Translations under genes and position numbers: made by a program
Shown: positions 52,063 through 63,895 of the stretch, one piece after another
Numbering within the stretch: the first letter of the stretch is position 1
Layout: each line of letters begins with the position of its first letter
Notes under the pieces: model-generated
What the model saw: the letters and a program-made list of their open reading frames with translations, nothing else
What the model was told of the DNA's origin: nothing
Databases searched by the model: none
Source of the DNA: Microthyrium microscopicum
Lineage: Eukaryota
Reading direction: 5' to 3'
Length of the DNA stretch: 64,000 nucleotides
Assembly: GCA_010405405.1 (NCBI GenBank)
Contig: MU004241.1
Span: 1,213,359-1,277,358, forward strand

Positions 52063-52950
52063 ATGGCTGCCGAAATGATCGAAATCCCCAAGAAACGAGG
52101 ACGGCCAAAGAAAGCGGAAGCATCTCCGTCAATTGAGATCAAGATGCCAAAACCGACCCCCAAGAAAGCTCCAGTCAAGCCAACAATCGAGTCCAAAAAG
52201 ACCACAACCCCCAAAATCAAGACCAAAGAAGTCAAAATCACAAAACCACCACCAAAATCAATCTCACCAACTCCAAAACCAACCACAACTCCCAAGCCAA
52301 CTCCATCCCCCTCAACACCAAAAAAGCCCGGACCACCCGCAATAAACTCCATCACCACGACACCACAACCACCACCCAAACCCACCCACAAATCCTCACC
52401 ACCACCAATCTTCCCCACCCCATCACCACCCTCCCATCTCGTCCGTCCCCTCTACCTATCCCTCCCCCGCTCGCTCCCAACCCTGCACGCAAACATGTCA
52501 ACCTCCTCAACACCACCCTCAAAACCCACCCCCAAACCACACCCAGACCCGCGCCAACCAATCACCCTCCGCACCCTCAACGCCACCGCCGTAGATACAT
52601 CAAAACACCAACTCCGCAACGTCCTCTCAGCCACTGGCCTCAAAGTCCCCAGCACACCAGGTGTCGGGCGCGCACATCCAGGGTATAACCGCGCGCTATG
52701 GCGGTGGACGACGATAATAGCGAGTATACCGCTCTTTTTGGCGAGTAGTTGGTGGTTATATGAGCGAGGTATGAAGAATCCACCTGTCTTTTATGTAGAG
52801 CGTGCGCAGGAGCGGAGGGCGCAGTTGGTGGCCAGCGCAAAGGAGGGGAAAGTACAGGTTGTGAATGTTTTGGAGGGTGGGGTTGAGACGGTGAAGGGGC
52901 ATGTTAGTGGGCTTTGGGATGGGATGGGGAGGATGGTGAGGGGAGGTTGA
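52063..52950 (+). CDS. Hypothetical Pro/Lys/Thr-rich protein with N-terminal AT-hook and one C-terminal TM helix
   Basis: KKRGRPKK; YNRALWRWTTIIASIPLFLASSWWLYER hydrophobic segment. Confidence 0.55.
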   Translation: MAAEMIEIPKKRGRPKKAEASPSIEIKMPKPTPKKAPVKPTIESKKTTTPKIKTKEVKITKPPPKSISPTPKPTTTPKPTPSPSTPKKPGPPAINSITTTPQPPPKPTHKSSPPPIFPTPSPPSHLVRPLYLSLPRSLPTLHANMSTSSTPPSKPTPKPHPDPRQPITLRTLNATAVDTSKHQLRNVLSATGLKVPSTPGVGRAHPGYNRALWRWTTIIASIPLFLASSWWLYERGMKNPPVFYVERAQERRAQLVASAKEGKVQVVNVLEGGVETVKGHVSGLWDGMGRMVRGG

Positions 52951-53421
52951 GATGGTTGATTTGTGCGGTTGATGTGTTATGATTTTTGATGTGTTATGAG
53001 TTATGGTTGGATGATGAGGCTGACTGACTTGATATAGTGGAGTTGGGGAAGATGCAGAAGGAACATCCGGCTGTGAGGGCGGCGAGGGCACAGGCGGCTG
53101 CTGAGGAGGCGGAGAGGAAGGGCGGTAGTGAGAGTGCTGGATGAGTGAGAATGAGGAAGGGGAAGAGAGTGTGTATAGGTGTAAGATTCTTGTATAATTC
53201 CATCTCTACTACAAATAGGTCTCACCAGGCATCGGTGCCGTATACTCTACATCCATCATAATGCTATATAACTACAACGAGTCATTCTATCGTGGGGCGG
53301 ACAATTGTCAACGCTATGCTTTACGTCTCTGGTATCATGCAAAACCCAACCCACGCCAACGCCAAATCCAATCATACAGTCGATCAACATACTCTCAAGT
53401 TCCAAATGTGAAGGCCTTGTC

Positions 53422-55856
53422 CTACAGGCCAGTGCTCTTCTTGCGTAGCAACATGCCTCTCGTCCCGCTAATGTCAGCCTCCGGTGATGCAGAGGGAATG
53501 CTCGTGCGATGAAAATGTCGTTTATAACGTCGCTCAGCCTCGCTCATTACCCCTTGAGCCGCGGCCGGCTGCTCGGCGACCATGGACGTACTCATAGTAA
53601 GACTAGGCAGTGCTGCGTCCGCGGGCGTAAACGACCATGCCGACATGCGACGGCTGCTAGCGAGCGGAGTTGTTGGCTGACTCTTAAAGGGAAACAACGA
53701 CCTGCTCGGCCAAAGCTCTGGGGCAGCAGGAGGATCAGGAGACTCGAGATCCGACGGCGAGTAAGATCGCGGATTTGAGCCGCTCGAGTCGTACGCTGGC
53801 TCTTGAGGCCTGGTGCGACGTCTCTTTGGTCTTCTAAGACTCAGATAGTCATCATCTTGCTCTTCACCTTCCGATTCGCCGCCAGTAACGGTGACGGAGG
53901 AGTCTGTGTCGGGAAGCTGTTCCTCAAGTCGATAATGCGAGGAAAAACTTGGCTTGTCGCTACGAGGGTCTACACACCATGATTTCGTCTTTGTTCCCCT
54001 CTGTTGGATAGTTTTTGAGCGCAGTGACAGTCCATTGTGTGTAGATGGCTCAAGGGACAGGAGGCGTAGATCCACTTGACTTGGACTGAAGGCAATATGC
54101 GCTCTTAACTTTTGAACCGCACTGTCAAGAGCTAATTCGATTGCGCAATGATTTTGAATGCGTGATAATTTTGGCCATGTCGCTCTCTGTCCGCACAGCA
54201 CTGCTTTCATCATAAACTCTGGTGTTGGATTCGTGAGAATTTTGGGTAATTGCGAGTACGAAATCTCTGGAAGAATGGTGATGTCTCCAGAATACTTTTG
54301 ACTGAGAACTGATCGTAGTTTTGTAAGGTAGTTTGGAAGAACACCAAGCTCCGTCAAAACGTGCATTCTATGCAAAGCCTCACTTTTTGCCAAACCTGCA
54401 AGTGTACTAAACCAACCAACAGTAGGTCCTGTCATGTCGCTGGATGCCTCCTTAGTGGCACTCTCCGCCATAGTTTCTTCTCCAATAAGGAAGGGAACAA
54501 CATGAGGGTTGACTTGTGATACGAGAAAGTGGTTGACGTTGAACATTTCAGCCAGTCTGGTCATGGGAAGATCATTGTCAACAGAGCCATCAATCCAAAG
54601 TTGCTCTGAAGGGTTCCAGCGGACCTCAGATCCATCACGAGGGTCCTTGGCAAGTATTGTAGCGGGAGAAAAGACCAGGGGTACCGAACATGATGCTGCG
54701 ACAGCTGACCAAATTATGACATTGGGGGCAGTAATGTAGTTGAGTAGCCTGGGTAGTTCATGCAGACTCGCTGTGCTGACAGAAATGTTTAAAATTCTCC
54801 TCGTCCGATTGTATGCTTCTTGGAAAGTAAGGTCACCCAATAAGTCCTTGAGAACCTTTGTTAGATGCTGAATGTCGAATAAAGCTCCGTATTTGGCAAA
54901 TCTCGCTGCTTTCTGAAGCACAGTCTCCTTAGCGCCGGTCTTCTCGAAAACGTCAAAGTCTGCATAGCAAAGCTCTCTGATAGTATCAGGGATCTCTGCA
55001 TCGGTTTTCGCGCAGAGTACTGCAGAAATAATGGACCCTGCTGAAGCACCGCACACAATTCGTGGTAACAGGTCCCTTTCCCAAAGAGTTTTGACTACAC
55101 CAATATGTGTCATTCCAAAAGTGGCTCCACCGGACAATAGCAAAGCACTTCTACCAAAGGATTGGCGAGTTGCTAGGAGTTGATCAAGTGCATTTCGACA
55201 GTCGTATTCTGACTCTTTTGCGGTCGCAATTGACTTGAGCAGGGCGTCTAGCGTATTGCACGCAGTCGAAATATAATCTTCTATCAAGGATTTGGTACCA
55301 ACATGGGAGTACTTGTACAAGTGTAGATCTCCCATATTACCGAGCGATCGAGTGAGCGAAGTCCGAAGCAAGAACAGAATGCGCCTAGGGTCGCCGGATA
55401 TTCTTGCATCTTCGAGTTGGTTCAAACGCGCTTGTAAGAGATTGTAATCATAGAACGGAGACGCTGGATTGGATTTCCAGGCATCATTTCCTTCTAGGCG
55501 GTCTAGTTCGAGGGCAGTCTCATGCCATGTAGAGTAGTCTTCAGCCTATATCCCAGTTAGCGTCACATGTCGAAAAGCTTCGGAGTTCTTACATCTTTCA
55601 TGCGATGCTCCAGTAGTAGCTTTCTGCCTTGGAAGTCGCTAGTTGTGGTTTCTGATAACACGTTCTTGTTGGCGCCGACCCAGAAGCTTTCCAAAGCCTC
55701 CTCAATTGAACCAGCTGGATCGCGGACCAGCCGCAACAAGGGTGCTACAAAGCTAGCATGGCTCTGAGCTTTCCTGAGCCTTTTATCTGGCTTTAAAATG
55801 CCTTTCTTGGGATGTGTGGTTGAGGAGGATAGCAGAGCATTTGATTGTAGTGGCAT
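53422..55856 (-). CDS. Patatin-domain triacylglycerol lipase, Tgl4/Tgl5-like (intron ~55546-55592)
   Basis: ALLLSGGATFG, GASAG nucleophile, WIDGS catalytic Asp, NVNHFLVSQVNPH; N-terminal AEDYSTWHETALELDRLEGN. Confidence 0.9.
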
Positions 55857-57088
55857 TGCCACAAAGGCGCCATGCGTTATGGGCAAGTGTAATTGGCGGT
55901 GATATCATGCGCACACAGGGGTTTCGCCAGGTACAGCGTAAGGTTTGGCCGAGGTCGCAATGCGGGAGGTATAGAGGCGTGTAGTAGTTATAAGGGTATG
56001 TATTGAACGCGGTGAGGATGGAAAGAGGAAGACTGAGGACTCTTGTTGGTATATGTGGAGGGTAGGAATATGTAGCAGCTGATAGCTCGGGTAGAGAGGG
56101 TGGAGAGGGTATATGGAGAACAGGTAGGATAATAAGGGACGAAAGAAATGGCGGGATAAGAATCATAAGATACAGTACGTAGAGTTGACATGGGATTCAG
56201 CAACCAGTAAGGGGAGGGCAGTCGCCAGTTGAGAGGTTAGGGAGGGATGATGATGTTGGCGCGGGTGTCACGCGCAGTGATGAAAGAAACAATCGGCACT
56301 CTGACAACCAACACAATCTCCAACTTGGCTATATTCGGTTTAAAAGATCTTCTACAATCTTTATCAAACGACTTTGCATCTTCGATTCACTGTTGGGCCT
56401 ATAAATCCGCAGTCGGAGTACCATCTCCGCCAGCATCACTCTCAACATAGCGTGTAGCCGGCGGAGCCGCATATCATGATTCAATTAGAATCGTGGCCAA
56501 ATTCCGCGGTCAACGGTACCTGTGACACCGCCCTGCCAGTTCTTAGAGTCCAGAGCAATGGGTCCGGTCCATGTGGTCTGACTACCCTCATCCATGCCCA
56601 GATACCTACTCGGCCGGTGGTAGCAAGTCACTAGTACTGCCGGCTTTCATTCTACAGTCGCTGCCGACATTGCTTTCTCCCCGGATGACCACATTGACTC
56701 GAGCGAGACGTCAAATAAAGAAGCCAAGGACGATATTCCTCTTTCAAATGCTTCAGACTCCAGAGAAACTGTGGAAAATACTCAAAGTCCCGCGTTAGGC
56801 GACTTGCCGAAGTCCTTTAGCTCTCCATGTGGCGTTGACCATGTTCACGCGACACTGCGACAGTACGGATACGCCAACGGCAGTTTTGTTCCCGTTTAAC
56901 TGTCGGTACAGGACTACAGGTTAAGTATAGACATGAAAGTACTAAAGTAGTAATATACACCATTATACACCAAGCGCTTGTTTTAGCGTCGTGTCAGATC
57001 TGTCAAAATCCCCTTCTGTCTCAACTTCACATGCTTACAGAAATACCACCACCTGGGCTCATGACCTTCTTCACACCACCAATATCAA

Positions 57089-59059
57089 TCACATCTTTTC
57101 TCCAGATTTGAAAGAATATCCCGGTGGCTTACGCTCAAACCCATCAAGTTCCACTCGTTCATTGTAATCAGTCGGCATCTCTATTGGCGAATCACTCTCC
57201 AGTTCCGGAATGGGACTTTGCAGCTCTGTGATGGGACTGCCCTCAATCTCGACCTTTTCATAAGCCATAGCTTTGCCTTTCTCCCAGAAACCGCTATTGC
57301 TGTCTGGCATTTCCACTATAGTCGAATTGGACGTCTCATCTCCCTTTTCCAATGGTCCTGCCGCGGCTGCTGCTCTCTTCCTTCCATGGAGCCAGAATAT
57401 GCATCCGCCGATTATCATCAGTACCAAACTCATCACGCCCACCGCAATGCCTATTTTAGCACCCATGGTCAAGCCTGCTGAGCCATTTTCAGTTGGGTAT
57501 CGCGGTCGTGGGCTTGCGGTGATAGCCCCTATTCCTAGCGGGCCGGCCATCTCAAGCAAATCTTTGCAGTCATCTGGAAGATGTTGCGGTGTTCTGACCA
57601 AGCCCTTTGATGCTTGGCAGACCTCTGCGTCATGCTTTGCTTTGTATTGCTGATTGATTATCCAGGAGCCGCGTTCGGTGGAGTTGCATCCGCTGAAAGT
57701 GCCGTATTCTCCTTTGAGCGTGTCGCCCTGTGCTCCTAGACACCATGTCGCATTTTGAGGGCAGACGGATTGTACGATATGACGCTCCTCTGGATTCGTA
57801 ATGTCTTTTCTTACCGAACTATCTGGCTTGTATTCGTATCCGCGATTAAAGCTGTGTGCTGCACTGCATTCCAGTGATCTCATAAGGCATCTACAGAGTC
57901 TCTGGTCTGGCGTTGGAGGAAGATTCGTCGCGAACTGGATGGTTTCTATAGTTTTCAAGACTCCTGCTACTGTCGTTCGCGTCGGTATGGGTATCGTCGT
58001 GGCGCACGCTGACCGTGAAAATTTGGGCGGGGAATATTCTCCCATACTGGGTTCATCACTTGTCTGGTTGGCTTTTATCAAGATATCGTTGGTAAGGCTC
58101 GTGAACTCTGGGCGTAGTTTGACTGTGTTTCCGCTGATTTCGACCAGGCCTGTATCACTGTTAGTTCAAAAGCAGAACCAAGTGGTATCAGTGATCCTTA
58201 CCAGTGATGTTATCTCGATTATCATCAAAGTACTCAAAAAGAAAGCCTCCAGACATGCCCTTCTTCCCTTCCGGTGTTGCGAGAGCATGCATCAACTCGA
58301 TATTGGTTTTATTTCTGGCGTTGCAATTTGCGCCATATGCAAACATCGGCACCGGATAGTCTGCATTCTGCCTTACTACATCCTGGATAGATTGCTCCCG
58401 TTCTGACGTGCCTTCACACACCGTGTTGATATTGAGCGCCAGAAAATCTATAGAGGCTTTGGGCTCTCCACAGACAAGATTCTGGTAGAACTCCGCCCCA
58501 TAGTTCTTTGTCAGATATCCGATAGGAACTCGTCCCCTTGGTGAGTCCTTCAGATGTTGTTTCAAATCGCGAATCGCGGCTTTGACGTATGGCAGGGTAG
58601 CCGGACTACCAGTGATGAAGAATCCCAATAGGTTCGTAAAGCCTTTCAGATTGTCGACGACTGCGGCGTATCGCGAATACATGTCCCGGTCCCATGTGTG
58701 CGTGTGGTATATCTGTTCATTCGGTCGCATCAGTCCTGCCAGCACGTATATTCCCGCCTCTTGTAATTGTTGCATGCATGGTGAGTGATCTGCTTCCGGT
58801 CGGAGCCATTGGACTATTATGCTGTTGATGCCGAGTTTCTTGAGATATTCGACATCGCGCGCGCACTGCGGCGCATCGTCGAGGGTATCTGTGTATGCGA
58901 GACTGTTTGCGAGGGAGAGTCTATCGTCCTGGTACTCTATGCCTTTGATAAAGAATCGTTTGCCCGACTTTTCGTAGAAAAATTGGGAGCCCTGTATCCG
59001 TTAATTGCCAGTTCAAGCGTTGAGTTTTCCCATAGTACCTTGATAAGTATAGGCTCCAT
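57089..59059 (-). CDS. GH72 (Gas/Gel)-like protein with X8/CBM43 domain, TM helix and cytoplasmic tail; catalytic Glu residues absent (2 introns)
   Basis: MEPILIK/GSQFFYEKSGKRFFIKGIEYQ, CARDVEYLKKLGIN, DHSPCMQQLQEAGIYV, MSGGFLFEY, GLVEI, Cys-rich X8 (LCRCLMRSLEC...GEYGTFSGCN), TM GAKIGIAVGVMSLVLMIIGGCIFWL. Confidence 0.8.
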
Positions 59060-59836
59060 AACATGTTTTTATCGAATGGCGTGCTGTAAGTGTTCATTCA
59101 TGTATTCATATCCTTAGCCTGGGGGTAGTTGCTCATGGTGGGATTTGCGCTAATGATGCTCAGGCTTTTTGGAAAGGACGGGCTTCATCATCATATCTAG
59201 GTGGTTGGTTCTCGCCGCATTGATGATCACGATCCTCGTTCAGATATTAACTTAATATAGCACGCCATGTTCCTGCCACGCATTACTCGGTTTGGATTAA
59301 TGAGCTGTACCCCACTCTGGATTCGCCCGACCTTTTGTTGCGACGGTTTTATCCTGGTTTTATTACTTGTCACCGCCTGTGTATATCTGGGGAACTGGTG
59401 CTCCGTTCCTGGTAACTTGGCGAGAGGGCAAAACGCGCACATTTCACTGCTCATTCATCATCTGTATCGACTGCATATGTTCTGTGAGAAAGGCTTCATT
59501 CGATTCGGAAATAGTTTGGTCGTTCACGAGTTAGCTCTAATGGTGAGCTACAGAAACTTGATCAGAACCTAGTCACTGCAATATAAAATCTAAGATATGC
59601 ACGCATGATGTCTGTTTTCGGACTTTATTATAGCGTAGTTCCTACTATAACTGGCTGCTCCGTGAAATTGCACTTTTACTCACTCGTATTGATTATAAGT
59701 CTCCGTAAAGTCAAGAATAGTATAAGTGCCTAAAAATTGCTTTGCGGCCACCAACGAGGATTTAGAATTATTATGCTTAATGCTGAATGCGTTTAAGGAA
59801 TTAGGATTTGTAGCAGTCGTTTCACTTGAAGAATGG

Positions 59837-60871
59837 CTAGTAGCCATCATAATAATAGTTTCTTCCTCCATCTCGCCTCCCATTGTCGTTGTGTCTACCA
59901 GATCCATCTCGTCTTCCTTCATCACGTCTGCCAGAGCCATCTCTTCTTCCTTCGTCCCGTCTGCCAGATACATCTCGTCCCCCTCGATCGTCTCTGGCAC
60001 CGTGTCTATTGTCTGATTCATGCGAGCGACAACGATCATCTTCTCTCCGTCTGCTAGGTGACAAACCTTCACAGTACGAACGAGCGCACGCAGGATCGCG
60101 AGCCTGCTCCCTCGAAGATTTGCTATCACAGCTCCCGCTTTGGTAACCGCCGGATCCACGACTTCCGCCACTGCTGGATGGTCCTTGGCCTCGAGTACCA
60201 CCACCGTTACTTCCTTGACCACGGTCCCCACTTCCACTTGCAGGTGCATGGGGATTACCCTGTGCCTTGGGCAGTTGGGTTGAAGGCTGTTTGGGTCCTG
60301 CGGTTATACATGATTTTATGTCGCAATCGCCTTGCGCTGCAGGCTGCTTGCCGCCCATAGTCCTTGGAGTTGCAGCTTCCTTGGGTCCATGGGTTCCTTT
60401 GGCCCTAGGCAACGGGCTGGCCTGTGGTGATGAAGTGGGCTGCGACCCTCGAGGTGGTGGAGGTTGGTCTGCGCTGGACTCGATACGACTTAACGCTTGT
60501 TTTTCCTTTACAGCTGGAGCTTCCTTTTCTTGAACCGATTGTTGCTCCGTCACTACTGATCGCCTCCTATCGATAGCATTGTTCCCTTTCGTTGCTTTCG
60601 GTCGGCAAGATTTTATATCGCAATCGTCCAGTGCGTTTGGTGATTTCGCTCCTTCCTTCTTTGAGCTGGTGGACTTTGGACCCGGTAAACTGGTACTTTT
60701 AGGAGATGTGTGGCTGATTCCCTTCGGTGGAGGCAATTCGACTCGACTCGATTTATGTTTCGGCTCGTCTATTTTCCATTGCTCTAATATGCCCCTATCC
60801 TTCACAGAAGCAACGCCAATCACTGCGCCAGTAATGACTGAAGGAAGCAGAAACCACAATAGCGACCGCAT
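59837..60871 (-). CDS. Putative secreted low-complexity protein with repeated DCDIKSC motifs and R/D/G repeats
   Basis: Signal-peptide-like MRSLLWFLLPSVITGAVIG in a long uninterrupted frame with internal repeats. Confidence 0.6.
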   Translation of the reverse strand: MRSLLWFLLPSVITGAVIGVASVKDRGILEQWKIDEPKHKSSRVELPPPKGISHTSPKSTSLPGPKSTSSKKEGAKSPNALDDCDIKSCRPKATKGNNAIDRRRSVVTEQQSVQEKEAPAVKEKQALSRIESSADQPPPPRGSQPTSSPQASPLPRAKGTHGPKEAATPRTMGGKQPAAQGDCDIKSCITAGPKQPSTQLPKAQGNPHAPASGSGDRGQGSNGGGTRGQGPSSSGGSRGSGGYQSGSCDSKSSREQARDPACARSYCEGLSPSRRREDDRCRSHESDNRHGARDDRGGRDVSGRRDEGRRDGSGRRDEGRRDGSGRHNDNGRRDGGRNYYYDGY

Positions 60872-63237
60872 GGTGAAGTTACACAACCTCGGAAAATAAA
60901 CGAATGATGTAAAGATTACTATTTCATACCGCCCCCAAAGCAGCGTGGCATCCAAGTTTAAGTTCTCGTGGGCCCATCTCGTCGGTCAACAAGCCTAGGA
61001 TCACCTGGCCGGAATTTTCCCCGGCTGAAGTGGCCAATTTAAAAGAATGAGGATTTGCTCTCGGTTCCCCATATGCGTGGTCGATGGGTGGGATAGATTA
61101 CTCCTCAATCCGCCCTGACATATATTAAGGTACGTACCCCTAGAGAATTTCCTTAAGATACAATCATTAAGATTCTTTTTTTGTAAATGCGGGGAAAGAG
61201 ATACAACACAAAAATAGTACAGATAGTATGTTTGAAGTATGGGGTTCTCGACCAACGTATAGGCCTACTTGCTGCTGTCAATCTTCATACCGAAAGCTGG
61301 CAGTATCTGTCTGCTCTAGCCTCTACATAGCACCCATAGTAAGCATCGAAGATTCAGGCAAGATGCTAAGCAATGCTGCTATCTATTTGATTAACAAATA
61401 ACGGAAGATTACGAAAGTATCCAGACACCGCGTCTGTACGAGCAGGCAGATGGTTTCTGAGAATACTACAAGGTACAAAGCTTGAGTTTACTTCGATTAA
61501 TGAATTACATGCAGTGAAGATTGGCCACGTTCGGGTTATCCATTTTCGTAGATTCAAGTTCACCGTCAGCCATACTTCACAAAGTTGTCATTGGTATATT
61601 CAGATCAACGACTGTTCACTGATTTGGGAAGCGAGAAGGCTTTGACCACATACCATCATGTAAAGATTAGGTCTCTATCTCTTCTACCATCTACTGAAAT
61701 CAGATATCGATTGCTGAACACCTAGAAGTATACCTTAAAGTACATACAGAGAGAAATTCTGATTGGATACCAGTGTTATACGACAAAAGCTTGGGTAAAG
61801 TAATTTCCGGACGATCAGACCTGTAAAATGGACTCGGTATCGATTTTGGTCACTGAGCGAAAGCTTGGATCTTTGTCGATCTACAGGCTACTCGTGGTGC
61901 ATTCCATAGCAGTCCAAATGTTGATTGGAAGCGGGAACTGGTATCATTTCTTTATCAACTGAATGGCATATGTCCTTGCTTCTAGGCCTCCTCCTGATTT
62001 TCACGGCAGAAGTTCGAAGCGTTGAAAAGCTTGACGGACTGTGTTCGCATGATCACTGCAGCTTGTAGTCCTTTGTGACGATGTGACCCGTGAGTACAGA
62101 AAAGGCGAATAAACCACATGGTTCAAGCGTACCTGGGTATGGTGGCAGGTCGGGGGCGCATAGAACTACCACGCTATCGGATGCACCACGTTATGTCTAG
62201 TTTTGTGTTATGAAAGCAAATCCATAAAATGAGATCTTAATGATATAAAGTCATGCTTGCTTGCAAACATTGACTCTTTCGTGGTGCTTTCTACTATATC
62301 AGACAAGTGTTATGCTTGTCTGAAGCCTGAGCATTTGACAGCTATTGCATAATGCGTATTTACCCAAAGCTCAAATATTCTCAGTACGCTTTCACTTTGT
62401 TGTGTTTTCCTCAGCAGAACTTCTGGACTCTGATCTTCGCATCTTTGTGATGATGACATCCGGTCAATAGTCTGCATTCCATACGCCTTACTTACTATTG
62501 CTTGATCCCGATACTAGACATGCTAGTCAGTATTTTCATGCTGACCGAACTAAACCTAATAGCTTTGCTGATCTTGAGACCTTTTTGCTCCCTTTTCTGA
62601 GCTCTAGTTGGTGGATTAGCGAGGGAATAATTTTCCAATTGGACACGTCACAGAGGACTTTCCATTCAAGGATGATATGTAGCTTCAGGTACTTGCTGCG
62701 CGCCTTTTTGAGGATGTCTGAGTAAATAGAAGCTTTGTGGCCATCTCAACAACTTTCAATATCATGATACGGGATACTGAGGAAAAGATACATCTGATGG
62801 TCCTGCAAGCCTCTGTTCTCTCATCAGTTTATGTTCTCAAACAAGCCCCAGGCCATGTATACCGATGACTTCACATACCAGAATGCACTTATTCCTCATT
62901 ATCGGAGTGTCATGTGTATCGTGATACTTGTAACTTGGAGTAGGCCTGCCACATGGCTTCAAGCTTCAATGCAACTGCCTTCCCTAGATCACAAAGTGGT
63001 TAGAGCAACTTGAACACTTGCAAACTAGTAGACGCGCTGCTTCCATGCGACAGACTCGTGGTTTAATAGAAGGCACGAACGAGTTTTAGTTGCAAGCTGA
63101 ACATGCTCCCAATCATGTTTCCTTCAACTAGCCATCCTGCATCCTCTAGAATACATCACTCGCGAAATCAAATTTCATCCTAAACGACCTTGACCATACC
63201 TATTCCATCCACTGAAAAGCCTTTATACTCAACAATC

Positions 63238-63895
63238 ATGTCTAAACTTACCTTCATCATGGCTACCCTTCTTCTCTTCCACGACACACTCACTCAAAAC
63301 CTACGCATCAACATCAACAGAGTCCTCCCATCCGTCACGCTGTATCTGCTGCCTAAGATCCAAACGTCAGCATCTGATGGGAAGTCCGGAGTAGGCGTAA
63401 GTGCTTCAGAGAACGTTTTCGTTCCCAATCAACCCCTTCGATATTCGTCTCTGACAAATATGCTTAGGTATACGCTTGTGATGGCCAAGGCTTCACTGGC
63501 AATTGCAACTGGCACCGAATCACAGGATCCAACGACAACAATGATTGGAAGCAGGACATTGGCAAGTGCTTCCAGATTGGCGATTCGCTTGGTTCTCTCG
63601 GTCCAGATGAAGGCGTCTACTGCGCTGCGTTCCAGTAAGCAAACAGCTCTCTTTTTTCTGATGAAGATTCTGACAGAGAGCTACCAGTACCGTCAACGAT
63701 TGCAAATTCTACTCTGGCGAACAGCGAAGCCCAGTTCCAGGCATGACCAGCATTTCTGTGGCAGCTACATATCCAGGCGTGTCCAATGTGACCGACCAAG
63801 GATTCGTGGGCGGTGGCGGCGTGTGGGCTTATTGTTTCCGAGGGGACAGTATCAACAATCATTGTTTGAGTGCTTGGGGGACTTGGTGTCCTTGA
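63238..63895 (+). CDS. Small secreted Cys-rich protein, beta/gamma-crystallin-like (exons 63238-63396, 63468-63634, 63688-63895)
   Basis: GTAAGT..CTGAC..TAG and GTAAGC..CTGAC..CAG introns give MSKLTFIMATLLLF...GVG/VYACDGQGFTGNCNW...KC...LGSLGPDEGVYCAAF/HTVNDC...TYPG...YC...HC...WCP*, with 8 Cys. The ORF-track translation ignores the introns. Confidence 0.65.

Noticed and set aside
57801..58406. 201-aa plus-strand ORF
   Set aside because: Antisense to the GH72-like exons and spans their intron.
59680..60249. 189-aa alternative-frame ORF
   Set aside because: By-product of the repetitive low-complexity coding sequence of the 59837-60871 gene.
61000..63200. Possible decayed gene in the 2-kb gap
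   Set aside because: Only short interrupted frames; no family recognised.
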